64,000 nt of DNA from the human T2T-CHM13v2.0 reference genome, Homo sapiens (GCA_009914755.4 CP086569.2:11744001-11808000), one strand, 5' to 3'. Counted from the first letter of the stretch, positions 30,358-47,232 are shown. Notes: generated by a model not told the origin, from the letters alone. A program made the numbers and translations.

Positions 30358-33300
30358 TTCATTCAAATGGAATGGAATTGAATGGAATGGAATCCAATGG
30401 AATGGATAGGATTGTACTGGAATGGAATAGCATGGAATGCAACGGAGTGGAATGGAGTTGAATGAAGTGGAATGGAATCGATTGGAATGGAATCAAATGG
30501 AATGGACGGGAATGGAATGGACTGGAAGAGAACAGACTCGAATTTAATGGATTGCAATGTAATTGATTCAAATGGAATGGAATCGAATGGAATGTAATAA
30601 AATTGAAGGGATTTGAGTTCAATGCAATGGAATAGAATGGAATGCAAAGGAAAGGAAAGGTACGGAGTGAAATCGAGTGTAATGGAATCGAATGGAATGA
30701 AATCGAATGGAATGGACTCAAAAGAAATGGAAGAGGGACAAAACGGAATCGAACTGATTGGAATCGAACGGAACGGAATGGAATGGAATGGTCTCCATTG
30801 GATCGGAGTAGAACGCACTGGAATGGAATGGAATGAAATGGAATGGAAAGGAATAGAATGGAATGGAATGGAATGGAATGGAATGGAATGGAATGGAAGG
30901 TAATGGAAAGATATCGAACGGATTGGAAAGGAATGGAATGGACCCTAATGGAATGGAATGGAATTCAACAGAAACGAATGGAATGGACTGGAGTGAAATG
31001 GAGTCAAATGTAATTGACTGGAGTGGAATGGACTCGAAAGGAATGGACTCGAATAGAATGGACTGGAATGGATTGTACTCGAATGGAGTGGAAAGGAATA
31101 AAATGGATTCCACCAGATTGGAATGGAACAGAATGTAATGGAATGGAATGGAATGCAATGGAATAGCTCCAATGGAATGGAGTCGAATGCAATGGAACAG
31201 AAAGGAAAGGAATTGAATGGAATTGAAAGTAATAGAACAAAATGGAGTGCAAAGGAAAGATATTGAATGGAATGGATCGAAAAGAAATCGAATGGAATGG
31301 TCAGGAATGGAATGGAATAGAATGGAATAGACTGGCGTGCAGTGAAAACTAATGGAATGGAAACGAATGGAATGCAATGGAAAGGAATGGAGTAGAATAA
31401 ATACTATGGAATGGAATGGAGGCGAAAGGAAAAGAATAGATTGGAATGTCTACGAATGGAAAGATATGGAATGGAAAGGAATGGATACGAATGGAATGGA
31501 ATAGAAAGGAACGGAAAGGTAAAGAATGGAATGGAATCGGATAGAATGGAATGCAATGTAATGGAGTCGAATGGAAAATAATCGTGTAGAATGATATCGA
31601 ATGGAATGGAATTGAATGGAATGGAATGGAATGGACTCGAATGGAATGTACTCAAATGGATTAGAATAGAATGGAATGGAACTAAACGTAATGAACTCGA
31701 ATGGAATGGACACAAATAGAATGGAAGAGAAAGGAATGGTATTGAATGGAATTTATTCGAATAGAGTGGAATTCAATGGAATGCAACAGTGTGGCATGGA
31801 ATCAAATGGAATGGAATCGAATGGAATGGACCCGAGTGGAATGGACTCACATAGAACAGCCTCGAATGTAATGGATGACAATGTATTAGATTCGAAAGGA
31901 CTGAAATCGAATGGAATGTAATCAAGTAGAACGGAATTGAATGCATGGAATGGCATAGAAAGTAACGCAATGGAATGGAATAGACTGGAATGGAATGGAA
32001 TCGGATGGAATGTAATGAAATGTAATGGAAGGAATGCCATGGAATGGAATGGAATGGAATGCAATGGGACGGTGTATAATGGAGTGCAATGGATTTCAGT
32101 GGAATGTAGTCAAAAGGAAAGAAATAGAATGGAATTCAATATAATGGAATGGCATCCAATGGCAAGGAATGGAGCGTACTCCAATGGAAACGACATGAAA
32201 GGAATATAATAAAATGGAATGGCATTGAACGAAATGGAATGCAATGGAGTTAAAAGGTAAAATATCGAATGGAAAAGAATTGAATGGACTCGAAAGGAAT
32301 ATAATGGAATGGAATGGACTCGAATGGAATGTACTAGAGTTGAATGGAATCGAATGGAATGGAAAACAATGGAAAGGAAAGGAAGGGAATTGAAAGGAAA
32401 GGAATAGAATGGAATGGAGTCGGATGGAACGGAATTGAATGGAATGGAAACTAAAGGAATAGAATAGAAAGGAATCGCATTGAATGGAATGGAATAGAAT
32501 GGAATCAGATGGAACAGAAAGGAATGGAATAGAATCGAATGGAATGGCATCGAATGGATGGAATGAAATGTAATGGAATGGAATAGAAAGGAATGGAATG
32601 GACTCGAATGGAATGTCCTCAAATGGAATAGAATAGAATGGAATGGAAGTAAATATAATGGACTCGAATAGAATGCATTGGAATAAATTGGAATTGAGTG
32701 TATTGGATTCGAATGGAAAGGAATGGAATGGAATGAATGGAATGGAATGGAAGGGAATGGAATGGATTCGAATTGAATGGAATGGAATGGAATGGAATGG
32801 AATGGAATGGAATGGAATGGAATGGAATGGATTCGAATGGAATGGAATCGAATGGAATGGAGCGAATTGGAATGTAATTGAATGGAGTCAAAAACAGTAG
32901 AAAGAAATAAAGTTTCATCGAATGATATCGAATGGAATTGAATGGAATGTACGCGAATGGAATGGACTGGAATGGAATGGAGTGACATGTAACGGAATCG
33001 AAAGGAATGGAATCCAATGAAATGGAATTGAATGGAATAGAAATGAATAGAATGGAATGGAGATTAACGGAAAGATATTAAAATAATGGAATGGAATTGA
33101 GTGGACACGAATGGAATGGACTGGAATGGAAAGGACTCGAATGAAATGGAGCGCATTAGAATGGACTGGAATGGAATGGATTGGAGTGGAATGGTCTCGA
33201 ATGGATTGGAAAGGAATGGAATGGAAAGGAATAGAATGGAATGTAATCAAATGGAACGAAATGGAATGGAATGGATTCGACTGGAGCAGAATTGAATGGA

Positions 33301-36008
33301 GTGGAATTGAATGGAATGGAATGCAATCGAATGGAATGGACACGAATCAAATAGAATGAAATGAAATGGCATAGAATGGAATGGAATGGAATGGAATGGA
33401 ATGGAATGGAACGGAATGGAATTAAATGGAACGGAATGGAATGGCATGGAATGGAATGGCATGGCATGGAATGGAATGGAATGGAATGGAATGAAATGGA
33501 TTGGAATGGGATGGGCCCAAAAGTAATAGACTCAAATAAAAGGGACTCAAATAGAATGAACTGGAAAGAAACGGTCTCGAATGTAATTTATTCGAATAGA
33601 ATGATATTGAATGGAATGCAATAGTATGGAATGGTATCGAATAGAATGGAATAGAATGGAATGGAATGGAACGGAATGGAGTGCAATTGAACCGACTCAA
33701 ATGCAATAAATTGCAATATAATTGATTCAAATGGAATGGAATTGAATAGAATGTAAACAAATGGAATGGAAGGCAATGCAATGGAAAGGAATCGAATGAA
33801 ATGGAATAAATGGAATGGAATGGAATGGAATGGAAAGGACGCGAATATATTGGACTGTTAAGGAAAGGTGTCAAATCGAATTTATTCCAATAGAATGGAA
33901 TCGAATGGAATGCAATACTATTGAATCGAATCGAATGGAATGGAATTGAATGGAATGGACAGGAATGGAATGAACTGGAAGTGAATGGACAGGAACGTAA
34001 TATATTGCAATGTAATTTATTCAAATGGAATGGAATGCAATCGAATGGAATGGACTCGATTGGAATGGACTGGAGTGGAATGTACTCAAATGGAATGGCA
34101 AGGAATGGAATGGAATGGAATGGAAAGCAAAGGAATCTACTGGAATAGAATCGAACGGAACAGAAAGGAATGGAATGGAATGGAGTGGAATGGACTCGAA
34201 TGGAATGTATTCGAATGTAATGGACCTAAAAAGGAATGGAATCCAATGGAATGGAATTGAATGGAATCAAAAGGAATAGAAAGGAATAGAGTGTAATTGA
34301 ATGATATCGAATGGAAGGGAATAGAATGAACTCGAATGGAATGCACTGGAATGGAATGGACTCGATCAGAACGGACTGGAGAGGAATGTACACAAATGGA
34401 ATGGAAACGAATGGAATGGAATGAAATGGAATGGAATGAAATGGAATTGAAAGGAACGGAATCAAATGGAATGGAATGGAATGGAATGGATTGGAATAGA
34501 ATGGATTCAAATAAAATAGAATCGATGGGAATGGTATTGAATGAAAGGGACTTGAATGGAAAGGAACCGAATGGAATGGAATGGACTCAAATGTGATGGA
34601 CACCAATGGAATCGACTGAAATATAATAGTGTCGAAAGGAATGGCCTCGAGCGGAATTTATTTGAATAGAATGGAATCAATTGGAATACAATACCATTGA
34701 ATGGAATCGAATGGAATGGAATCGAATGGAATGTAATCAAATGGAATGGAACGGAATTCAATATAATGGAGTAGAATGGAATGCATTGGAAAGGAGCAGA
34801 CTGGAATCAAGTGGAATGGCATCGAGTGGAATGGAATCGAGTGGAATGGAATCAATGGGAACAAAATCGAATTGAATGGACTTGAATGGAATTGACTCGA
34901 AAGGAATTGACTCGAAAGGAATGGACTGGAACAAAAAGGAATCAAATGGACAGGAATGGGATGGAATGGACACGAATGGAATGGAGTCAAATGCAAACGC
35001 ATCGAATGGAATGGATTCAAATGGAATGCAATGGAATGGAACAGAAAGGAAGAGAATGGAATTGAGAGTAATGGAAAGATATCGATTGGAATGAAATGGA
35101 ATGGAAAGGAATTGAATGGAAAGGAATGGAGTGGAAAGAAATGGATTGGAATGGAATGGTCTCCATTGGAATGGACTGGAGTGGAATGGAATCGAATGGA
35201 AGGAAAAGAATGGAACGGAATGGAACGGAAAGAATAGAATGTTATGGAATCCGATTGGACAGAATGGAATGGAATGGAGTTTCATGAAATGGAGTCGAAT
35301 AGAGTGGCATCAAAAGGAATGGAATGGAATGGAGTGGACTCAAAAGGAATGGACTCGAAAGGAATGAAGTCCAACCAAATTGAATTAAATGGATTGGAGT
35401 CGAACAGAATGGAATGGAATGGAATGAACTCGACTGGAGTAGAGAGGAATGTAAAGGAATAGAATGGAATGTAATCAAATGGACTGCAAGTGAATGGAAT
35501 CAAAAATAATAGGAATGGAGTTTAAAGGGATGATATTGAATATAATGGAATGGAATGGAATTTAATGGAATGGAGACGAAGGAATGGACAGGAATGTAAT
35601 GGACTCCAATGGAATGGAATGGATCAAAATGGATTTGAACAGATTGGAATCGAACGGAATGGAATGCAATGGAATGGAATGGACTCGAATGGAGAAGAGA
35701 CAAATGGAATGGAAACGAATTCAATGGAATTGAAAAGAATAGGATGGAATGGCGTGTAATGGTAAGATACTAAATGGAATGGAATTGAATGGAATGGAAT
35801 GGACCCAAATGTAATGCACTCGAAAGGAATACACTCAAATAGAATGGAATCGAAAGGAAAGGTCTCAAATGGAATTTATTCAATAAAATGGAATCGAATG
35901 GAATGCAATAGAATGGAAAGGAATCGAATGTAATGGAATCAAATAGAATGGACCAGAATGGAATGGACTGCCATAGAACGGACTGCAGTGTAATTGATTG
36001 AATTCTAA
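30358..36008 (+). repeat. HOR copy 5 (full form, 5651 bp).
   Basis: The phase marker sits at 30358 and 36009. Internal markers are at 31676 and 33111. Confidence 0.8.
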
Positions 36009-39000
36009 TTCATTCAAATGGAATGGAATTGAATGGAATGGAATCCAATGGAATGGATAGGATTGTACTGGAATGGAATAGCATGGAATGCAACGGAGTG
36101 GAATGGAGTTGAATGAAGTGGAATGGAATCGATTGGAATGGAATCAAATGGAATGGACGGGAATGGAATGGACTGGAAGAGAACAGACTCGAATTTAATG
36201 GATTGCAATTTAATTGATTCAAATGGAATGGAATCGAATGGAATGTAATAAAATTGAAGGGATTTGAGTTCAATGCAATGGAATAGAATGGAATGCAAAG
36301 GAAAGGAAAGGTACGGAGTGAAATCGAGTGTAATGGAATCGAATGGAATGAAATCGAATGGAATGGACTCAAAAGAAAAGGAAGAGGGACAAAACGGAAT
36401 CGAACTGATTGGAATCGAACGGAATGGAATGGAATGGTCTCCATTGGATCGGAGTAGAACGGACTGGAATGGAATGGAATGAAAAGGAATGGAAAGGAAT
36501 AGAATGGAATGGAATGGAATGGAATGGAATGGAATGGAAGGTAATGGAAAGATATCGAACGGATTGGAAAAGAATGGAATGGACCCTAATGGAATGGAAT
36601 GGAATTCAACAGAAACGAATGGAATGGACTGGAGTGAAATGGAGTCGAATGTAATTGACTGGAGTGGAATGGACTCGAAAGGAATGGACTCGAATAGAAT
36701 GGACTGGAATGGATTGTACTCGAATGGAGTGGAAAGGAATAAAATGGATTCCACCAGATTGGAATGGAACAGAATGTAATGGAATGGAATGGAATGCAAT
36801 GGAATAGCTCCAATGGAATGGAGTCGAATGCAATGGAACAGAAAGGAAAGGAATTGAATGGAATTGAAAGTAATAGAACATAATGGAGTGCAAAGGAAAG
36901 ATATTGAATGGAATGGATTCAAAAGAAATCGAATGGAATGGTCAGGAATGGAATGGAATAGAATGGAATAGACTGGCGTGCAGTGAAAACGAGTGGAATG
37001 GAAACGAATGGAATGCAATGGAAAGGAATGGAGTAGAATAAATACTATGGAATGGAATGGAGGCGAAAGGAAAAGAATAGATTGGAATGTCACCGAATGG
37101 AAAGATATGGAATGGAAAGGAATGGATACGAATGGAATGGAATAGAAAGGAACGGAAAGGTAAAGAATGGAATGGAATCGGATAGAATGGAATGCAATGT
37201 AATGGAGTCGAATGGAAAATAATCGTGTAGAATGATATCGAATGGAATGGAATTGAATGGAATGGACTCGAATGGAATGTACTCAAATGGATTAGAATAG
37301 AATGGAATGGAACTAAACGTAATGAACTCGAATGGAATGGACACAAATAGAATGGAAGAGAAAGGAATGGTATTGAATGGAATTTATTCGAATAGAGTGG
37401 GATTGAATGGAATGCAACAGTGTGGCATGGAATCAAATGGAATGGAATCGAATGGAATGGACCCGAGTGGAATGGACTCACATAGAGCAGCCTCGAATGT
37501 AATGGATGACAATGTATTAGATTCGAAAGGACTGAAATCGAATGGAATGTAATCAAGTAGAACGGAATTGAATGCATGGAATGGCATAGAAAGTAACGCA
37601 ATGGAATGGAATAGACTGGAATGGAATGGAATCGGATGGAATGTAATGAAATGTAATGGAAGGAATGCCATGGAATGGAATGGAATGGAATGCAATGGGA
37701 CGGTGTATAATGGAGTGCAATGGATTTCAGTGGAATGTAGTCAAAAGGAAAGAAATAGAATGGAATTCAATATAATGGAATGGCATCCAATGGCAAGGAA
37801 TGGAGCAGACTCCAATGGAAACGACATGAAAGGAATATAATAAAATGGAATGGCATTGAACGAAATGGAATGCAATGGAGTTAAAAGGTAAAATATCGAA
37901 TGGAAAAGAATTGAATGGACTCGAAAGGAATATAATGGAATGGAATGGACTCGAATGGAATGTACTAGAGTTGAATGGAATCGAATGGAATGGAAAACAA
38001 TGGAAAGGAAAGGAAGGGAATTGAAAGGAAAGGAATAGAATGGAATGGAATCGGATGGAACGGAATTGAATGGAATGGAAACTAAAGGAATAGAATAGAA
38101 AGGAATCGCATTGAATGGAATGGAATAGAATGGAATCAGATGGAACAGAAAGGAATGGAATAGAATCGAATGGAATGGCATCGAATGGATGGAATGAAAT
38201 GTAATGGAATGGAATAGAAAGGAATGGAATGGACTCGAATGGAATGTCCTCAAATGGAATAGAATAGAATGGAATGCAAGTAAATATAATGGACTCGAAT
38301 GGAATGCATTGGAATAAATTGGAATTGAGTGTATTGGATTCGAATGGAAAGGAATGGAATGGAATGGAATGGAATGGAATGGAATGGAATGGAATGGAAT
38401 GGATTCGAATGGAATGGAATCGAATGTAATGGAGCGAATTGGAATGTAATTGAATGGAGTCAAAAACAGTAGAGATAAATAAAGTTTCATCAAATGATAT
38501 CGAATGGAATTGAATGGAATGTACGCGAATGGAATGGACTGGAATGGAATGGAGTGACATGTAACGGAATCGATAGGAATGGAATCCAATGAAATGGAAT
38601 TGAATGGAATAGAAATGAATAGAATGGAATGGAGATGAATGGAAAGATATTAAAATAATGGAATGGAATTGAGTGGACACGAATGGAATGGACTGGAATG
38701 GAAAGGACTCGAATGAAATGGAGCGCATTAGAACGGACTGGAATGGAATGGATTGGAGTGGAATGGTCTCGAATGGATTGGAAAGGAATGGAATGGAAAG
38801 GAATAGAATGGAATGTAATCAAATGGAACGAAATGGAATGGAATGGATTCGACCGGAGCAGAATTGAATGGAGTGGAATTGAATGGAATGGGATGCAATC
38901 GAATGGAATGGACACGAATCAAATAGAATGAAATGAAATGGCATAGAATGGAATGGAATGGAATGGAATGGAATGGAATGGGATGGAATGGAATGGAATT

Positions 39001-41620
39001 AAATGGAACGGAATGGAATGGCATGGAATGGAATGGCATGGCATGGAATGGAATGGAATGGAATGGAATGAAATGGATTGGAATGGGATGGGCCCAAAAG
39101 TAATAGACTCAAATAAAAGGAACTCAAATAGAATGAAGTGGAAAGAAACGGTCTCGAATGTAATTTATTCGAATAGAATGATATTGAATGGAATGCAATA
39201 GTATGGAATGGTATCGAATAGAATGGAATAGAATGGAATGGAATGGAACGGAATGGAGTCCAATTGAACCGACTCAAATGCAATAAATTGCAATATAATT
39301 GATTCAAATGGAATGGAATTGAATAGAATGTAAACAAATGGAATGGAAGGCAATGCAATGGAAAGGAATCGAATGAAATGGAATAAATGGAATGGAATGG
39401 AATGGAAAGGACGCGAATATATTGGACTGTTAAGGAAAGGTGTCAAATCGAATTTATTCCAATAGAATGGAATCGAATGGAATGCAATACTGTTGAATCG
39501 AATCGAATGGAATGGAATTGAATGGAATGGGCAGGAATGGAATGAACTGGAAGTGAATGGACAGGAACGTAATATATTACAATGTAATTTATTCAAATGG
39601 AATGGAATGCAATCGAATGGAATGGACTCGATTGGAATGGACTGGAGTGGAATGGACTCAAATGGAATGGCAAGGAATGGAATGGAATGGAATGGAAAGC
39701 AAAGGAATCTACTGGAATAGAATCGAACGGAACAGAAAGGAATGGAATGGAATGGAGTGGAATGGACTCGAATGGAATGTATTCGAATGTAATGGACCTA
39801 AAAAGGAATGGAATCCAATGGAATGGAATTGAATGGAATCAAAAGGAATAGAAAGGAATAGAGTGTAATTGAATGATATCGAAAGGAAGGGAATGGAATG
39901 AACTCGAATGGAATGCACTGGAATGGAATGGACTCGATCAGAACGGACTGGAGAGGAATGTACACAAATGGAATGGAAACGAATGGAATGGAATGAAATG
40001 GAATGGAATGAAATGGAATTGAAAGGAACAGAATCAAATGGAATGGAATGGAATGGAATGGATTGGAATAGAATGGATTCAAATAAAAGAGAATCGATGG
40101 GAATGGTATTGAATGAAAGGGACTTGAATGGAATGGAAAGCAATGGAAGATATTGGAATCGAATGGCATCGAATGAAATGGAATGGAACGGAATGGAACG
40201 GAACCGAATGGAATGGAATGGACTCAAATGTAATGGACACCAATGGAATCGACTGAAATATAATAGTGTCGAAAGGAATGGCCACGAGCGGAATTTATTT
40301 GAATAGAATGGAATAAAATGGAATACAAAACCATTGAATGGAATCGAATGGAATGGAATCGAATGGAATGGAATCAAATGGAATGGAACGGAATTCAATA
40401 TAATGGAGTAGAATGGAATGCATTGGAAAGGAGCAGACTGGAATCAAGTGGAATGGAATCGAGTGGAATGGAATCAATGGGAACAAAATCGAATTGAATG
40501 GACTTGAATGGAATTGACTCGAAAGGAATGGACTGGAACAAAAAGGAATCAAATGGACAGGAATGGGATGGAATGGACACGAATGGAATGGAGTCAAATG
40601 CAAACGCATCGAATGGAATGGATTCAAATGGAATGCAATGGAATGGAAGAGAAAGGAAGAGAATGGAATTGAGAGTAATGGAAAGATATCGATTGGAATG
40701 AAATGGAATGGAAAGGAATTGAATGGAAAGGAAGGGAGTGGAAAGAAATGGATTGGAATGGAATGGTCTCCAATGGAATGGACTGGAGTGGAATGGAATC
40801 TAATGGAATGAAAAGAATGGAACGGAATGGAACGGAAAGGAATAGAATGTTATGGAATCCGATTGGACAGAATGGAATGGAATGGAGTTTCATGAAATGG
40901 AGTCGAATAGAGTGGCATCAAAAGGAATGGAATGGAATGGAGTGGACTCAAAAGGAATGGACTCGAAAGGAATGGAGTCCAACCAAATTGAATCAAATGG
41001 ATTGGAGTCGAACAGAATGGAATGGAATGGAATGAACTCGACTGGAGTAGAGAGGAATGTAAAGGAATAGAATGGAATGTAATCAAATGGATTGCAAGTG
41101 AATGGAATCAAAAATAATAGAAAGGAATGGAGTGTAAAGGGATGATATTGAATATAATGGAATGGAATGGAATTTAATGGAATGGAGTCGAAGGAATGGA
41201 CAGGAATGTAATGGACTCCAATGGAATGGTATGGATGAAAATGGATTTGAACAGATTGGAATCGAACGGAATGGAATGCAATGGAATGGAATGGACTCGA
41301 ATGGAGAAGAGACAAATGGAATGGAAACGAATTCAATGGAATTGAAAAGAATAGGATGGAATGGCGTGTAATGGTAAGATACTAAATGGAATGGAATTGA
41401 ATGGAATGGAATGGACCCAAATGTAATGCACTCGAAAGGAATATACTCAAATAGAATGGAATCGAAAGGAAAGGTCTCAAATGGAATTTATTCAATACAA
41501 TGGAATCGAATGGAATGCAATAGAATGGAATGGAATCGAATGTAATGGAATCAAATAGAATGGACCAGAATGGAATGGACTGCCATAGAACGGACTGCAG
41601 TGTAATGGATTGAATTCTAA
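36009..41620 (+). repeat. HOR copy 6 (full form, 5612 bp).
   Basis: The phase marker sits at 36009 and 41621. Internal markers are at 37307 and 38683. Confidence 0.8.
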
Positions 41621-44600
41621 TTCATTCAAATGGAATGGAATTGAATGGAATGGAATCCAATGGAATGGATAGGATTGTACTGGAATGGAATAGCATGGAA
41701 TGCAACGGAGTGGAATGGAGTTGAATGAAGTGGAATGGAATCGATTGGAATGGAATCAAATGGAATGGACGGGAATGGAATGGACTGGAAGAGAACAGAC
41801 TCGAATTTAATGGATTGCAATGTAATTGATTCAAATGGAATGGAATCGAATGGAATGTAATAAAATTGAAGGGATTTGAGTTCAATGCAATGGAATAGAA
41901 TGGAATGCAAAGGACAGGAAAGGTACGGAGTGAAATCGAGTGTAATGGAATCGAATGGAATGAAATGGAATGGAATAGACTCGAAAGAAATGGACGAGGC
42001 ACAAAACGGAATCGAACTGATTGGAATCGAACGGAACGGAGTGGAATGGAATGGTCTCCATTGGATCGGAGGAGAACGGACTGGAATGGAATGGAATGAA
42101 ATGGAATGGAACAGAATAGAATGGAATGGAATGGAATGGAATGGAATGGAATGGAAGGTAATGGAAAGATATCGAACGGATTGGAAAGGAATGGAATGGA
42201 CCCTAATGGAATGGAATGGAATTCAACAGAAACTAATGGAATGGACTGGAGTGAAATGGAGTCGAATGTAATTGACTGGAGTGGAATGGACTCGAAAGGA
42301 ATGGACTCGAATAGAATGGACTGGAATGGATTGTACTCGAATGGAGTGGAAAGGAATACAATGGATTCCACCAGATTGGAATGGAACAGAATGTAATGGA
42401 ATGGAATGGAATGCAATGGAATAGCTCCAATGGAATGGAGTCGAATGCAGTGGAACAGAAAGGAAAGGAATTGAATGGAATTGAAAGTAATAGAACAAAA
42501 TGGAGTGCAAAGGAAAGATATTGAATGGAATGGATCGAAAAGAAATCGAATGGAATGGACAGGAATGGAATGGAATAGAATGGAATAGACTGGCGTGCAA
42601 TGAAAACGAATGGAATGGAAACGAATTTAATGCAATGGAAAGGAATGGAGTAGAATAAATACTATGGAATGGAATGGAGGCGAAAGGAAAAGAATGGATT
42701 GGAATGTCACCGAATGGAAAGATATGGAATGGAAAGGAATGGATACGAATGGAATGGAATAGAAAGGAACGGAAAGGTAAAGAATGGAATGGAATCGGAT
42801 AGAATGGAATGCAATGTAATGGAGTCGAATGGAAAATAATCGTGTAGAATGATATCGAATGGAATGGAATGGAATGGAATGGACTCGAATGGAATGTACT
42901 CAAATGGATTAGAATAGAATGGAATGGAACTAAACGTAATGAACTCGAATGGAATGGACACAAATAGAATGGAAGAGAAAGGAATGGTATTGAATGGAAT
43001 TTATTCGAATAGAGTGGAATTCAATAGAATGCAACAGTGTGGCATGGAATCAAATGGAATGGAATCGAATGGAATGGACCCGAGTGGAATGGACTCACAT
43101 AGAACAGCCTCGAATGTAATGGATGACAATGTATTAGATTCGAAAGGACTGAAATCGAATGGAATGTAATCAAGTAGAACGGAATTGAATGCATGGAATG
43201 GCATAGAAAGTAACGCAATGGAATGGAATAGACTGGAATGGAATGGAATCGGATGGAATGTAATGAAATGTAATGGAAGGAATGCCATGGAATGGAATGG
43301 AATGGAATGCAATAGGACGGTGTATAATGGAGTGCAATGGATTTCAGTGGAATGTAGTCAAAAGGAAAGAAATAGAATGGAATTCAATATAATGGAATGG
43401 CATCCAATGGCAAGGAATGGAGCAGACTCCAATGGAAACGACATGAAAGGAATATAATAAAATGGAATGGCATTGAACGAAATGGAATGTAATGGAGTTA
43501 AAAGGTAAAATATCGAATGGAAAAGAATTGAATGGACTCGAAAGGAATATAATGGAATGGAATGGACTCGAATGGAATGTACTAGAGTTGAATGGAATCG
43601 AATGGAATGGAAAACAATGGAAAGGAAAGGAAGGGAATTGAAAGGAAAGGAATAGAATGGAATGGAATCGGATGGAACGGAATTGAATGGAATGGAAACT
43701 AAAGGAATAGAATAGAAAGGAATCGCATTGAATGGAATGGAATAGAATGGAATCAGATGGAACAGAAAGGAATGGAATAGAATCGAATGGAATGGCATCG
43801 AATGGATGGAATGAAAAGTAATGGAATGGAATAGAAAGGAATGGAATGGACTCGAATGGAATGTCCTCAAATGGAATAGAATAGAATGGAATGGAAGTAA
43901 ATATAATGGACTCGAATGGAATGCATTGGAATAAATTGGAATTGAGTGTATTGGATTCGAATGGAAAGGAATGGAATGGAATGGAATGGAATGGAATGGA
44001 ATGGATTCGAATGGAATGGAATCGAATGGAATGGAACGAATTGGAATGTAATTGAATGGAGTCAAAAACAGTAGAAAGAAATAAAGTTTCATCGAAAGAT
44101 ATCGAATGGAATTGAATGGAATGTACGCGAATGGAATGGACTGTAATGGAATGGAGTGACATGTAACGGAATCGAAAGGAATGGAATCCAATGAAATGGA
44201 ATTGAATGGAATAGAAATGAATAGAATGGAATGGAGATTAACGGAAAGATATTAAAATAATGGAATGGAATTGAGTGGACACGAATGGAATGGACTGGAA
44301 TGGAAAGGACTCAAATGAAAACGAGCGCATTAGAATGGACTCGAATGGAATGGATTGGAGTGGAATGGTCTCGAATGGATTGGAAAGGAATGGAATGGAA
44401 AGGAATAGAATGGAATGTAATCAAATGGAACGAAATGGAATGGAATGGATTCGACTGGAGCAGAATTGAATGGAGTGGATTTGAATGGAATGGAATGCAA
44501 TCGAATGGAATGGACACGAATCGAATAGAATGAAATGAAATGGCATAGAATGGAATGGAATGGAATGGAATGGAATGGAATGGAATGGAATGGAATGGAA

Positions 44601-47232
44601 CGGAATTGAATGTCATGGAATGGAATGGCATGGCATGGAATGGAATGGAATGGAATGGAATGAAATGGATTGGAATGGGATGGGCCCAAAAGTAATAGAC
44701 TCAAATAAAAGGGACTCAAAGAGAATGAAGTGGAAAGAAACGGTCTCGAATGTAATTTATTCGAATAGAATGATATTGAATGGAATGCAATAGTATGGAA
44801 TGGTATCGAATAGAATGGAATAGAATGGAATGGAACGGAATGGAGTGCAATTGAACGGACTCAAATGCAATAAATTGCAATATAATTGATTCAAATGGAA
44901 TGGAATCGAATAGAATGTAAACAAATGGAATGGAAGGCAATGCAATGGAAAGGAATCGAATGAAATGGAATAAATGGAATGGAATGGAATGGAAAGGACG
45001 CGAATATATTGGACTGTTAAGGAAAGGTGTCAAATCGAATTTATTCCAATAGAATGGAATCGAATGGAATGCAATACTATTGAATCGAATCGAATGGAAT
45101 GGAATTGAATGGAATGGACAGGAATGGAATGAACTGGAAGTGAATGGACAGGAACGTAATATATTGCAATGTAATTTATTCAAATGGAATGGAATGCAAT
45201 CGAATGGAATGGACTCGATTGGAATGGACTGGAGTGGAATGGATTCAAATGGAATGGCAAGGAATGGAATGGAATGGAATGGAAAGCAAAGGAATCTACT
45301 GGAATAGAATCGAACGGAACAGAAAGGAATGGAATGGAATGGAGTGGAATGGACTCGAATGGAATGTATTCGAATGTAATGGACCTAAAAAGGAATGGAA
45401 TCCAATGGAATGGAATTGAATGGAATCAAAAGGAATAGAAAGGCATCGAGTGTAATTGAATGATATCGAAAGGAAGGGAATGGAATGAACTCGAATGGAA
45501 TGCACTGGAATGGAATGGACTCGATCAGAACGGACTGGAGAGGAATGTACACAAATGGAATGGAAACGAATGGAATGGAATGAAATGGAATGGAATGAAA
45601 TGGAATTGAAAGGAAGGGAATCAAATGGAATGGAATGGAATGGATTGGAATAGAATGGATTCAAATAAAATAGAATCGATGGGAATGGTATTGAATGAAA
45701 GGGACTTGAATGGAATGGAAAGCAATGGAAGATATTGGAATCGAATGGCATCGAATGAAATGGAATGGAACGGAATGGAACGGAACCGAATGGAATGGAA
45801 TGGACTCAAATGTAATGGACACCAATGGAATCGACTGAAATATAATAGTGTCGAAAGGAATGGCCTCGAGCGGAATTTATTTGAATAGAATGGAATCAAA
45901 TGGAATACAATACCATTGAATGGAATCGAATGGAATGGAATCGAATGGAATGGAATCAAATGGAATGGAACGGAATTCAATATAATGGAGTAGAATGGAA
46001 TGCATTGGAAAGGAGCAGAGTGGAATCAAGTGGAATGGAATCGAGTGGAATGGAATCGAGTGGAATGGAATCAATGGGAACAAAATCGAATTGAATGGAC
46101 TTGAATGGAATTGACTCGAAAGGAATTGACTCGAAAGAAATGGACTGGAACAAAAAGGAATCAAATGGACAGGAATGGGATGGAATGGACACGAATGGAA
46201 TGGAGTCAAATGCAAACGCATCGAATGGAATGGATTGAAATGGAATGCAATGGAATGGAACAGAAAGGAAGAGAATGGAATTGAGAGTAATGGAAAGATA
46301 TCGATTGGAATGAAATGGAATGGAAAGGAATTGAATGGAAAGGAATGGAGTGGAAAGAAATGGATTGGAATGGAATGGTCTCCAATGGAATGGACTGGAG
46401 TGGAATGGAATCGAATGGAATGAAAAGAATGGAACGGAATGGAATGGAAAGGAATAGAATATTATGGAATCCGATTGGACAGAATGGAATGGAATGGAGT
46501 TTCATGAAATGGAGTCGAATAGAGTGTCATCAAAAGGAATGGAATGGAATGGAGTGGACTCAAAAGGAATGGACTCGAAAGGAATGGAGTCCAACCAAAT
46601 TGAATCAAATGGATTGGAGTCGAACAGAATGGAATGGAATGAAATGTACTCGACTGGAGTAGAGAGGAATGTAAAGGAATAGAATGGAATGTAATCAAAT
46701 GGATTGCAAGTGAATGGAATCAAAAATAATAGAAAGGAATGGAGTGTAAAGGGATGATATTGAATATAATGGAATGGAATGGAATTTAATGGAATGGAGA
46801 CGAAGGAATGGACAGGAATGTAATGGACTCCAATGGAATGGAATGGATCAAAATGGATTTGAACAGATTGGAATCGAACGGAATGGAATGCAACGGCATG
46901 GAATGGACTCGAATGGAGAAGAGACAAATGGAATGGAAACGAATTCAATGGAATTGAAAAGAATAGGATGGAATGGCGTGTAATGGTAAGATACTAAATG
47001 GAATGGAATTGAATGGAATGGAATGGACCCAAATGTAATGCACTCGAAAGGAATATACTCAAATAGAACGGAATCGAAAGGAAAGGTCTCAAATGGAATT
47101 TATTCAATACAATGGAATCGAATGGAATGCAATAGAATGGAATGGAATCGAATGTAATGGAATCAAATAGAATGGACCAGTATGGAACGGACTGCCATAG
47201 AACGGACTGCAGTGTAATGGATTGAATTCTAA
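41621..47232 (+). repeat. HOR copy 7 (full form, 5612 bp).
   Basis: The phase marker sits at 41621 and 47233. Internal markers are at 42924 and 44285. Confidence 0.8.
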